Below are positions 21,295 to 29,103 of a stretch of 64,000 nt of DNA, in pieces. Source of the DNA: Acidobacteriota bacterium (GTDB taxonomy: Bacteria; Acidobacteriota; Thermoanaerobaculia; Gp7-AA8); contig JAFATB010000009.1 in the NCBI GenBank assembly GCA_019244185.1, positions 1 through 64,000 of the forward strand. Reading direction: 5' to 3'. The notes below the pieces were generated by a model. That model was not told where the DNA came from and searched no databases. It saw nothing but the letters and a program-made list of their open reading frames with translations. Each line of letters begins with the position of its first letter. Positions within the stretch are counted from its first letter, which is position 1. Both the position numbers and the translations under genes were made by a program.

Positions 21295-22667
21295 GAAGTC
21301 ACGTCGATGTAGACCGTCTTCCACTCGGTGTAATGATCGAGCGCCTGCAACCCGAGCTCGCGCCCGAGGCCGCTGCGCTTCACGCCGCCGAACGGCGCCT
21401 CGAGATGCACGGAGCTACCGGAGTTGATCGAGAGATTGCCCGTCTCGACCGCGCGTGCGACGCGCAATGCCCGCCCGATGTCGCGCGTCCAGATCGAGCC
21501 GGAGAGACCATACACCGAGTCGTTCGCCATCGCGACCGCGTCGTCTTCGTCGCGGAACGGCATCACCGTTACGACTGGTCCGAAGATCTCTTCGCGCACG
21601 ATGGCCATGTCGGGCTTCGCGTCGGTGAAGATCGTCGGCTGCAGATAGCAGCCGGGATCGTCGGGACATGCGCCGCCGGTGACGAGCGTCGCGCCTTCCG
21701 CGCGTCCGCGCTCGATGTACGAGAGCACGCGCTTGCGATGCGCCTCCGTGACGAGCGGCCCCATCTCCGTTTCATCCGCCAGCGGATCGCCGACGTGCAG
21801 TTTCTCGAAGGCGTCTTTGAGCGCGCTCGTGAAGCGTTCGTAGATCGATTGCTGCACGAAGATGCGGCTGCGCGCGCAGCAGTCCTGCCCCGCGTTGCCG
21901 AGCGCCGACGAAGCTGCCGACGCGACCGCGCGCTCGAAGTCGCAGTCTTCAAAAATCAGATTCGCCGACTTGCCGCCGAGCTCCAGCGAGACGCGCTTGA
22001 TGTCGTCGGCCGCGGTGCGCATGACGTTCATCCCGACTTCGGTCGAGCCGGTGAAAGCGATCTTCCTCACGAGCGGATGCCGCAGCAACGCTTCGCCGAC
22101 CACCGACCCCGCGCCGGTGAGCACGGTGAACACGCCTTCCGGAATGCCCGCTTCCAGCGCGAGCTCCGCGAGCCGCAATGCGGTGAGCGGCGTCTGTTCG
22201 GCCGGCTTCAATACGACGCAGTTGCCCATCGCCAGTGCCGGCGCGGATTTCCATGAGGTGATGGCAATCGGGAAGTTCCACGGCACGATGATTCCGCACA
22301 CGCCGACCGGCTCGCGGAACGACAACAACACGCCCGGCGCCGCGCCGGGGATCGTCTGTCCGCCGACTTTGTTCGTGGCGCCCGCGTAGTATTCGAAGAC
22401 GTTCGCCGCGAGTCCGACTTCATCCCGAGAGTCGCGAATCGGTTTCCCGACGTTCCGCGTCTCGAGCCGCGCCAGCTCGTCGGCATTCTCGCGAATCTTT
22501 TCCGCGAGCTTCCGCAGCAACTGCCCGCGCTCGCGGGTGTTGATGCGACGCCACGCGCCCGTGAACGCCCCATGCGCCGCACGCACCGCGCGATCCGCAT
22601 CACCCGCATCATGCTGTTCGACATCCGCGAGCGGTTTGCCGGTCGCCGGTTCAATGAGCGTTGTCAT
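21291..22667 (-). CDS. NAD-dependent aldehyde dehydrogenase
   Basis: PWNFP, KPAEQTPLT, FTGSTEVG, LELGGKS, GQDCCA, EEIFGPV. Confidence 0.97.
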   Translation of the reverse strand: MTTLIEPATGKPLADVEQHDAGDADRAVRAAHGAFTGAWRRINTRERGQLLRKLAEKIRENADELARLETRNVGKPIRDSRDEVGLAANVFEYYAGATNKVGGQTIPGAAPGVLLSFREPVGVCGIIVPWNFPIAITSWKSAPALAMGNCVVLKPAEQTPLTALRLAELALEAGIPEGVFTVLTGAGSVVGEALLRHPLVRKIAFTGSTEVGMNVMRTAADDIKRVSLELGGKSANLIFEDCDFERAVASAASSALGNAGQDCCARSRIFVQQSIYERFTSALKDAFEKLHVGDPLADETEMGPLVTEAHRKRVLSYIERGRAEGATLVTGGACPDDPGCYLQPTIFTDAKPDMAIVREEIFGPVVTVMPFRDEDDAVAMANDSVYGLSGSIWTRDIGRALRVARAVETGNLSINSGSSVHLEAPFGGVKRSGLGRELGLQALDHYTEWKTVYIDVTS

Positions 22668-22700
22668 GCGCGCGTCGGTCGTGCAAGAAGCAGGCACAAC

Positions 22701-22871
22701 GAACGACGAGGAGCGCCTCCGGGCCGGCGCGGCCGGCTGCGCTAAGGGCCTAGCCTAGACGCACGTGCGGCTGCCGTGAACGTCGTTGACTGCAGCCGCA
22801 CGTGAGTACTGGCTAAGCCCTTAGCGCTGCCGGCCGCGCCGGCCCGCCGGAGGCCCTTGGTCGTTCCCTCA
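22701..22871. repeat. Palindromic dispersed element, copy 1 (MITE/REPIN-like)
   Basis: Long imperfect hairpin whose reverse complement aligns almost end to end with 62804-62973. Confidence 0.85.
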
Positions 22872-23720
22872 GTCTGGTGCGGGCAACTCGCTCGCCGGCT
22901 CGCCGCCCTGCAGCGTGTGCCAGGCGATGGCGGCGAGCACGATCGCGCCGCCGAAGAGCGCGTAGATCGACGGACGCTCGCCGATGAACAGCAGCACCCA
23001 GATCGGATTCATCACCGGCTCCAGCATTCCGGTCAGCGACGCCTCGGTCGCGGCAACGTGGCGCAGACCCTTCACGAAGAACGCGTAGGCGACGCCGATC
23101 TGGAAGACGCCGAGGAAGAGCAGGGCGAGGAGGGATTTGGTCGTGAGGGCGAGATCGTGCGCGACGAACGGCAGCAGCGCGAGCGCGAGGGCGACGTTGC
23201 CCCAGGCGACGGCGGCGCGCGAGGCGTCGTGGGCGCGGCGCAGCGCGAGGATCATCGACGCGAAGAACACGCTGGAGAGCAGCGCCATCGCGTTGCCGGC
23301 CATCCCGCGCGCTTCGAAGCGGCCGACGAAGAAGAGGGCCATGCCCGCGAGCGCGGCCACGATGGCGATGATGTCGCGGCGGCGCATCGGCTCGCGCAGC
23401 ACGACCGGCGCGAGCAGCAGCACCCAGACCACTCCCGCGTACTGCAGGAAGATTGCGTTCGCGGACGTCGTCCAGCGCGTGGCGACGACGAACGTCGTGA
23501 GGCAACCGGCGTAGCTCACGATCGAGACGAAAAACGCCGGCGATGGTTGGATGCGCACGTCGCGGCGGAACAGCGCGAAGAGCGTCACCGCGGCGAAGAC
23601 CGAGCGATAGAACGCGACCTTCAGCGCGGGATCGGGGAGCGCCTTGATGCCGATGCCGCCCGTCGACCAGAGCAGCGCGGCGACGACGATGTACAGCAGA
23701 CCCTTGCGGCGATCGCTCAC
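22869..23720 (-). CDS. EamA/DMT-family transporter
   Basis: About 10 TM helices; LLWSTGG...ANAIFLQY...LREP...LEPVMNPIW. Confidence 0.92.
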   Translation of the reverse strand: MSDRRKGLLYIVVAALLWSTGGIGIKALPDPALKVAFYRSVFAAVTLFALFRRDVRIQPSPAFFVSIVSYAGCLTTFVVATRWTTSANAIFLQYAGVVWVLLLAPVVLREPMRRRDIIAIVAALAGMALFFVGRFEARGMAGNAMALLSSVFFASMILALRRAHDASRAAVAWGNVALALALLPFVAHDLALTTKSLLALLFLGVFQIGVAYAFFVKGLRHVAATEASLTGMLEPVMNPIWVLLFIGERPSIYALFGGAIVLAAIAWHTLQGGEPASELPAPD

Positions 23721-24001
23721 GCGGCGGAGTCTACCCCGTCACGTGCCGCGCGTCGTTTCTGCCGGACGGTGATGCCGTAGCCGAGGAGACCGTTGAGGAC
23801 CATGATCGCGTTCGTCACGACGAAGACCCAGTTGTGCACGAGGAGGCTATAGATCGTGAAGCCGGCGGAGGCCGCGAGCTGACCGATGAAGAGCCACACC
23901 GACACGCCGGCGCTGGTCCGGTCGTGCCATTGCTTGTGGACCTGTTTGGCGATCGTCAGGATGAGGATGACGGAGCTCGCCCAGCCGATCGCCGCAGTCA
24001 T
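23717..24001 (-). CDS. SemiSWEET / PQ-loop-like small transporter
   Basis: 94 aa, 3 TM: IGWASSVILILTIAKQV.KQW...SAGVS...WVFVVTN; coupled to both neighbours. Confidence 0.75.
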   Translation of the reverse strand: MTAAIGWASSVILILTIAKQVHKQWHDRTSAGVSVWLFIGQLAASAGFTIYSLLVHNWVFVVTNAIMVLNGLLGYGITVRQKRRAARDGVDSAA

Positions 24002-24450
24002 CAGTTCGCGATGTACGGCCCGCGATCCATGCGCGCGCGGATGTCGCTCTCCGACGGCGGGCACGGCAGCGGATCGTCCGGCGGCGGCACGACGAGCGCG
24101 CACTCGCGTACGAGCTCGGCGAGCGTATCGATCTCCAGCGGCTTGTTCAGCACCGCGGAGACGAGGTCCGGATCGAGATAGATGTCGTTGCGCGGATCGC
24201 GTACCGCAAGGATGAACGTCGGCGCGTCGGGGCGCTGCTCCGTGAACTGCGCCACGAAGCGCGTGCCGGCTTCGTTCGGCATGTCGACGTCGACGACGAT
24301 CAACGCGTAATCGCACGTCAACACCTTCTCGAGGGCGTCTTCCGCCGTGGCGGCGGTGTCCACTCCGACCGGCTGGTGGCGAAGAATCGTGAAGAGCATC
24401 GCCCGCAGCGCTTCGTTGCTTTCGACGATCAAGACTCTGGGTTCGCTCAT
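24001..24450 (-). CDS. Single-domain response regulator receiver (atypical acidic pocket)
   Basis: RVLIVESNE, LIVVDVDMP, LNKPL. Confidence 0.8.
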   Translation of the reverse strand: MSEPRVLIVESNEALRAMLFTILRHQPVGVDTAATAEDALEKVLTCDYALIVVDVDMPNEAGTRFVAQFTEQRPDAPTFILAVRDPRNDIYLDPDLVSAVLNKPLEIDTLAELVRECALVVPPPDDPLPCPPSESDIRARMDRGPYIAN

Positions 24451-24490
24451 GGATGTCGTCCTTGACGTTTGGAAATGTCAAAAGACATGC

Positions 24491-24928
24491 CTAATTCGCC
24501 TTCGTCTCTTCCGGAGTCCGCGGATTCGCCGGATGACAGTCGTCCAACTGCAGTTGATCGCTGAGCGCGGTGAGACATCCCTCGACCGTGTCGATGAAGA
24601 GCTCGATGTCGAATGGCTTGTGAATCGTGCCGATGACGATGTTCGGATTGAACGAGCGCTGCTCGATCCCGGCGGTCAGCACGATGACGACGGGGCGGAG
24701 GTCGGGCGAGACGGTGCCGAGGTGCTCGATGACTTCGTAGCCGCTCACGCGCGGCATCATGAGGTCAAGGACCATGAGCACATAGCGGCACGACGCGAGG
24801 CTTTCCAGAGCCTGCTCGCCGTTCCGCGCGCTGTCGACCCTAAGGCCGCGGCGGCGCAGCACGGTCGCGAGGAGCGCGCGGATGGCATCGTCGTCATCGA
24901 CGATCAGAATGCGTTTTTCTCGTCTCAT
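24491..24928 (-). CDS. Single-domain response regulator receiver
   Basis: ILIVDDDDAIR, LDLMMP.VSG, IVLTA, HKPF. Confidence 0.92.
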   Translation of the reverse strand: MRREKRILIVDDDDAIRALLATVLRRRGLRVDSARNGEQALESLASCRYVLMVLDLMMPRVSGYEVIEHLGTVSPDLRPVVIVLTAGIEQRSFNPNIVIGTIHKPFDIELFIDTVEGCLTALSDQLQLDDCHPANPRTPEETKAN

Positions 24929-24987
24929 CCCTGCCTGATGCGACTCAAAATAACCGAGTCATCAGACAGCAAGTTGCAGGCCTACAA

Positions 24988-25539
24988 TCATTTCACGAGG
25001 CGGGAGATTGCCCGGAACATGTCCGTTCCGGAAACGCCGACAAGCTCGAAGAGCGCCATCTCGGTCGAGCTGAGGTGCGCGCCGTCCGCGGTCATCCGCC
25101 GCAGCGCGATCTCGCGGTTCTCGGGCGCGCGCGAGGAGACGGCGTCGGCGGCGAGCGCGACCTCGAAGCCGCCGGCGAGGAGATCGCGCACGGTCTGATA
25201 GACGCAGACGTGCGTCTCGACGCCGGCGACGAGCACTTGTCTGCGGCCGAGCGCGTCGAGCCGCGCGGCAAAAACGTCGCAGCCGTGCGCGGAGAAGCAC
25301 AGCTTCTCGATCGGCGCGTAGCCGTACGTCTCGTCGAGCGCGCGGCGCAGCGGCTCGATCGTCGGGCCGAGTCCTTTGACGTACTGCTCGGTGACGAGCG
25401 CGGGGACGCCGAGGAGATGACAGCCGCGCACGAGGCGCTCGACGTTCTTCGCGACCGCGTCAGCGCGGTCGATGACCGGCATCAGCTTCTCCTGCACGTC
25501 GATAACGACGAGGACGGCTTGCTGAGGATCGAGTTTCAT
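24988..25539 (-). CDS. Isochorismatase-family hydrolase
   Basis: VIDVQEKL, TEQY.KGLG.T, KLCFSA, GVETHVCVYQT, DAVSSR. Confidence 0.93.
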   Translation of the reverse strand: MKLDPQQAVLVVIDVQEKLMPVIDRADAVAKNVERLVRGCHLLGVPALVTEQYVKGLGPTIEPLRRALDETYGYAPIEKLCFSAHGCDVFAARLDALGRRQVLVAGVETHVCVYQTVRDLLAGGFEVALAADAVSSRAPENREIALRRMTADGAHLSSTEMALFELVGVSGTDMFRAISRLVK

Positions 25540-26450
25540 ACGCGATGCAGCGGCTCCTGTCCGTGGAGAAACAGCAGCACGTTCGTGGCAGCGATGCGCG
25601 CCATCGCGTTGCGCGCCTCTTCGGTCGCGGAGCCGATGTGCGGCACGACCACGACGTTCGGCATCGCGAGCAGGCGCGGGTTCACGGCCGGCTCGTGCTC
25701 GTAGACGTCGAGCGCGGCGCCGCGCAGCTGGCCGCGGTCGAGCGCGTCGCAGAGCGCGTCTTCGTCGACGAGCGGTCCGCGCGCGGTGTTGACGAGATAC
25801 GCGTCCCGCTTCATGCGCGCGAGCGCGGCGGCGTCGATGATGTGATGCGTCTCGCGCGTGAGCGGCGCGTGGATCGAGAGGATGTCGCTCGTTGCGAGCA
25901 GCTCGTCGAGCGGCTCGCCGCGGCGCACGCCGAGGACGTCCATGCCGAAGGCGCGGGCGCGCGTGGCGACGGCGCTGCCGATGCGGCCCATGCCGAGAAT
26001 GCCGAGGCGTTTGCCCTGGAGCGAGGCGCCGAGGAGCTTGAGCGGCTCCCACGGAGAGCGTCCGGTCTCGCGCACTTCGCGATCGCCTTCGACGACGCGG
26101 CGCGTCACCGCGAGCAGTAGTGCCATCGTGAGATCGGCGGTCGCTTCCGTGAGCACGCCGGGCGTGTTCGTGACGGTGATGCCGAGCTCGCGCGCGGCGT
26201 CGACGTCGATGTTGTTCGTGCCGACGGCGAAGTTCGAGACGATGCGCAGGTTCGGATTCGACTCGAGGACGCGGCGCGTGATCGGATCGGAGAGCAGCGT
26301 GATCGCGGCGTCGGCGTCGGCGAGGATCGTGATCACATCCTCCTCCGAACGCTCCGGCTCCGTCGGATGCTCGATGAGATCGAAGTGTGGCGCGAGCAGC
26401 GCGCGGGCGACGTCGGGAAAGCGCGCGGTGAGAACGACGGTGTAGCGCAT
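25536..26450 (-). CDS. D-2-hydroxyacid dehydrogenase (glyoxylate reductase / D-glycerate dehydrogenase)
   Basis: NTPGVLTEATAD, GMGRIG, NTARGPLVDE, LDVYEHEP, PHIGSAT. Confidence 0.95.
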   Translation of the reverse strand: MRYTVVLTARFPDVARALLAPHFDLIEHPTEPERSEEDVITILADADAAITLLSDPITRRVLESNPNLRIVSNFAVGTNNIDVDAARELGITVTNTPGVLTEATADLTMALLLAVTRRVVEGDREVRETGRSPWEPLKLLGASLQGKRLGILGMGRIGSAVATRARAFGMDVLGVRRGEPLDELLATSDILSIHAPLTRETHHIIDAAALARMKRDAYLVNTARGPLVDEDALCDALDRGQLRGAALDVYEHEPAVNPRLLAMPNVVVVPHIGSATEEARNAMARIAATNVLLFLHGQEPLHRV

Positions 26451-27184
26451 TACTCTTCGATGCCGAGGTAGCCGAACATCATGCGCGTCAGCTCGGCCTC
26501 GAGGTCGGCCGGCGCGCGCAGGCCGTGCGGCTGTTCCGCTTCGAGCACGACGGTCTGCAGGATCGAGGCGAGCGTGATCATCATGAACTCGATCGCGACC
26601 TCGACGTTCGGATGCGCGATCTGGTCGCGGTAGCGCATCATCAGCATGGCCACGGCGGCGGTGGAGGTGCGGTTGATCTCGTGCGCGGCGCGGCGGAAGG
26701 CGGGGTCGGGATGCGTGCGCGAGAACTGCAGCAGCGCGCGGAGCAGGTTGCGCCGGCGGCGGTACGAGTCGAGCGTGCCGCGGATCATGCCGCGCAGCAG
26801 CTCGGGCAGCGGGATGTGCATGGCCATGCACGCGTCGAGAATCGACGCGGTCTGCTCGCGCTTCTGCGCGAGGTATCGCTGCCAGACCGCGCGGAGGAGC
26901 GTGTCCTTGTCGACGAAGCGGCGGTAGACGACGCCGACGGACACGCCGGCTTTCGCGGCGATGGCGGGCACGGTGGCTGCCTCGAGTCCGCCTTCCTCGA
27001 GCAGTTGCTCGGCGGCGTTGAGCAGGCGCGAGACGGTTTCCAGGCTGCGGGCCTGTTTCGGCGGCGTGGCCTGCACGTGCTCGAAGAGCGCGTCGACGTG
27101 CTGGTTTTTTCCGCGCTTGAGCGCCTCGCGCGCGTACAGCGCCTTGACCTCCTGCGTGAACGAGCGTTCCCGGGTCTGCTTCAT
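26450..27184 (-). CDS. TetR-family transcriptional regulator
   Basis: PKQARS..TV.RLL.AA..LL...G....TV..IAAKAGVSVGVVYRRFVDK. Confidence 0.93.
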   Translation of the reverse strand: MKQTRERSFTQEVKALYAREALKRGKNQHVDALFEHVQATPPKQARSLETVSRLLNAAEQLLEEGGLEAATVPAIAAKAGVSVGVVYRRFVDKDTLLRAVWQRYLAQKREQTASILDACMAMHIPLPELLRGMIRGTLDSYRRRRNLLRALLQFSRTHPDPAFRRAAHEINRTSTAAVAMLMMRYRDQIAHPNVEVAIEFMMITLASILQTVVLEAEQPHGLRAPADLEAELTRMMFGYLGIEE

Positions 27185-27195
27185 CCGCGACTAGC

Positions 27196-27225
27196 TTGAC
27201 ACATTGCGAATGCGAATGTACATTC
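27196..27225 (+). promoter_or_regulatory. Sigma70 promoter overlapped by a palindromic operator
   Basis: TTGACA-N17-TACATT, 7 nt before ATG 27232; perfect palindrome GAATGTACATTC at 27214-27225. Confidence 0.8.
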
Positions 27226-27231
27226 ACGTTT

Positions 27232-28158
27232 ATGCGAACGGAGATTCACATTTCAGGACTGCGGAAGGTCTACGGCCAGGTGACCGCGCTGGACGGCCTC
27301 GACCTCGACATCGGCGAGGGAGAGCTCTTCGGCCTCCTCGGTCCCAACGGCGCCGGGAAGACGACCACCATCGGCATCCTGACGACGCGCGTGCTCGCCA
27401 CGAGCGGCACCGCGGTCGTGGCGGGGCGCGACGTCGGGAAGGATCCGGTCGGCGCTCGTCGCATGATCGGCGTCGTGCCGCAGCGGCCGAACCCCGACCG
27501 CAGCCTGCTCGTCGGCGAGAATCTCGTCTTCCACGCCACGTACTTCGGCATCCCGCGCGCGGAAGCGTCGCGCCGCACCGACGCGCTGCTCGAGCAACTC
27601 GGCCTCACCGACAAGAAGAAGGCGAAGGCGGATGCGCTCTCCGGCGGCCAGCAGCAGCGCCTCATGATCGCGCGCGCGCTCATCCACGAGCCGCGCGTGC
27701 TGTTCCTCGACGAGCCGACGGTCGGCCTCGATCCGCAGGCGCGCCTCGCGTTGTGGGACGTGCTGCGCGAGCTGCACGGGCAGGGCCGCACGATCGTGAT
27801 GACGACGCACTACATGGAAGAAGCGGATCAGCTCTGCGACCGCGTGGCCATCGTCGACCGCGGCAAGCTGCTCGCGCTCGACACGCCGTCGGAGCTGAAG
27901 GCAAAGGCGCCCGGCGAGACGATCATCGAGGTCACGCTCGACCGTCCGCTGCCGGACGAGCCGCTGTCGCTCGCGGGCGTCACGCGCACGGAAGTGCGCG
28001 GGCCGGTCGTGCGCGCGTTCGCCGAGCGGGCCGCGGCGGCGGTGCCGTCGCTGCTGTCGTTTGCGGAGTCGCGCGGCTACGCGGTGAAAGACATCCATCT
28101 CTCCAAGCCGAGCCTCGAGACGCTCTTCATTTCGCTCACCGGGAGAAAGCTCGCATGA
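27232..28158 (+). CDS. ABC exporter ATP-binding subunit (DrrA/NodI-like)
   Basis: GPNGAGKTT, LSGGQQQR, LFLDEPTVGLDP, TTHYMEEA. Confidence 0.95.
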   Translation: MRTEIHISGLRKVYGQVTALDGLDLDIGEGELFGLLGPNGAGKTTTIGILTTRVLATSGTAVVAGRDVGKDPVGARRMIGVVPQRPNPDRSLLVGENLVFHATYFGIPRAEASRRTDALLEQLGLTDKKKAKADALSGGQQQRLMIARALIHEPRVLFLDEPTVGLDPQARLALWDVLRELHGQGRTIVMTTHYMEEADQLCDRVAIVDRGKLLALDTPSELKAKAPGETIIEVTLDRPLPDEPLSLAGVTRTEVRGPVVRAFAERAAAAVPSLLSFAESRGYAVKDIHLSKPSLETLFISLTGRKLA

Positions 28159-28925
28159 ATGGAAAAGTCTTCGGCGCCCTGCTGCTGCGCGACGCCATCG
28201 TGGCGCGGCGCGAGATCGTGGCGCTGCTGGTCCGCACGGCGTTTCAGCCGGTGCTGCTCGTAGTCGTTTTCGGCTACGTGCTGCCGTCGATGGGGATGAT
28301 CCCGCGCGGCTACGCCACGACGATGGTGCCCGGCGTGGCCGCGCTCTGCCTGTCGATGGCGTCGCTGATGTCGGTGGCGATGCCGCTGGTAGTGGACTTC
28401 GGCTTCACGAAGGAGATCGAAGACCGGCTGCTCGCGCCGATTGCGACGGACCTCATCGCCGTCGAGAAAGTGATCGTCGGCGCGCTGCAAGGCTTCGTCT
28501 CCGCGGCGATCGTGCTGCCGTTGTCGTATCTCGTCTCCGGACGCGCGGCGGGGTTGTCGCTCTCGCATCCGCTGCTGCTCATCGTGGTGATGCTGCTGAC
28601 CGGCGCCGCGTTTTCGTCGTTCGGACTTTGGCTCGGCACGGTGATGCAGGCGCAGCAGATGCAGGTCATCATCAGTGTCATCTTCGTGCCGATGATCATG
28701 TTCGGCTGCGTGTATTACCCGTGGAGCGGCCTCGAACATCTGCCGGTCCTGAAGTACGCGGTGCTCATCAACCCGGTGGTCTACGCTTCAGAAGGTTTGC
28801 GCGCGTCGCTCACGCCGGCGGTGCCGCACATGCCGCTCGTGGCAATCTTCGGCGCGCTGCTCGTTTCGCTCGCGGTGCTGCTGTCGCTCGGACTGCGCTC
28901 GTTCCGCAAGAAGGCGATCACGTAG
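28155..28925 (+). CDS. ABC-2 type permease
   Basis: About 6 TM; EIEDRLLAP, YYPW, INPVVYASEGLR. Confidence 0.92.
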   Translation: MNGKVFGALLLRDAIVARREIVALLVRTAFQPVLLVVVFGYVLPSMGMIPRGYATTMVPGVAALCLSMASLMSVAMPLVVDFGFTKEIEDRLLAPIATDLIAVEKVIVGALQGFVSAAIVLPLSYLVSGRAAGLSLSHPLLLIVVMLLTGAAFSSFGLWLGTVMQAQQMQVIISVIFVPMIMFGCVYYPWSGLEHLPVLKYAVLINPVVYASEGLRASLTPAVPHMPLVAIFGALLVSLAVLLSLGLRSFRKKAIT

Positions 28926-29103
28926 ACGGCTTGCGCGCGAGCAGCCAGCCGAGGACGAAGAGCGCGCCGCCGATGCCGAGGAGGCGGACCTCGACGGCGA
29001 CGTTGTCGTTCATCAGGCCGTAGGAGAGGCCGATCGGCAGCAGCACGAGCGCGACGAGCTGCAGCAGGCGGCCGAGCGTCGCGGCCATCGTTCCGCTCGT
29101 CAT
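28918..29103 (-). CDS. Small two-TM hypothetical protein
   Basis: 61 aa, LGRLLQLVALVLLPIGL...LGIGGALFVLGWLL; ATGA overlap with the upstream gene. Confidence 0.65.
   Translation of the reverse strand: MTSGTMAATLGRLLQLVALVLLPIGLSYGLMNDNVAVEVRLLGIGGALFVLGWLLARKPST

Noticed and set aside
22701-22871. Possible tRNA, known riboswitch or autonomous IS
   Set aside because: No cloverleaf or T-loop, no riboswitch consensus I recognise, and no transposase ORF; kept only as an unclassified repeat
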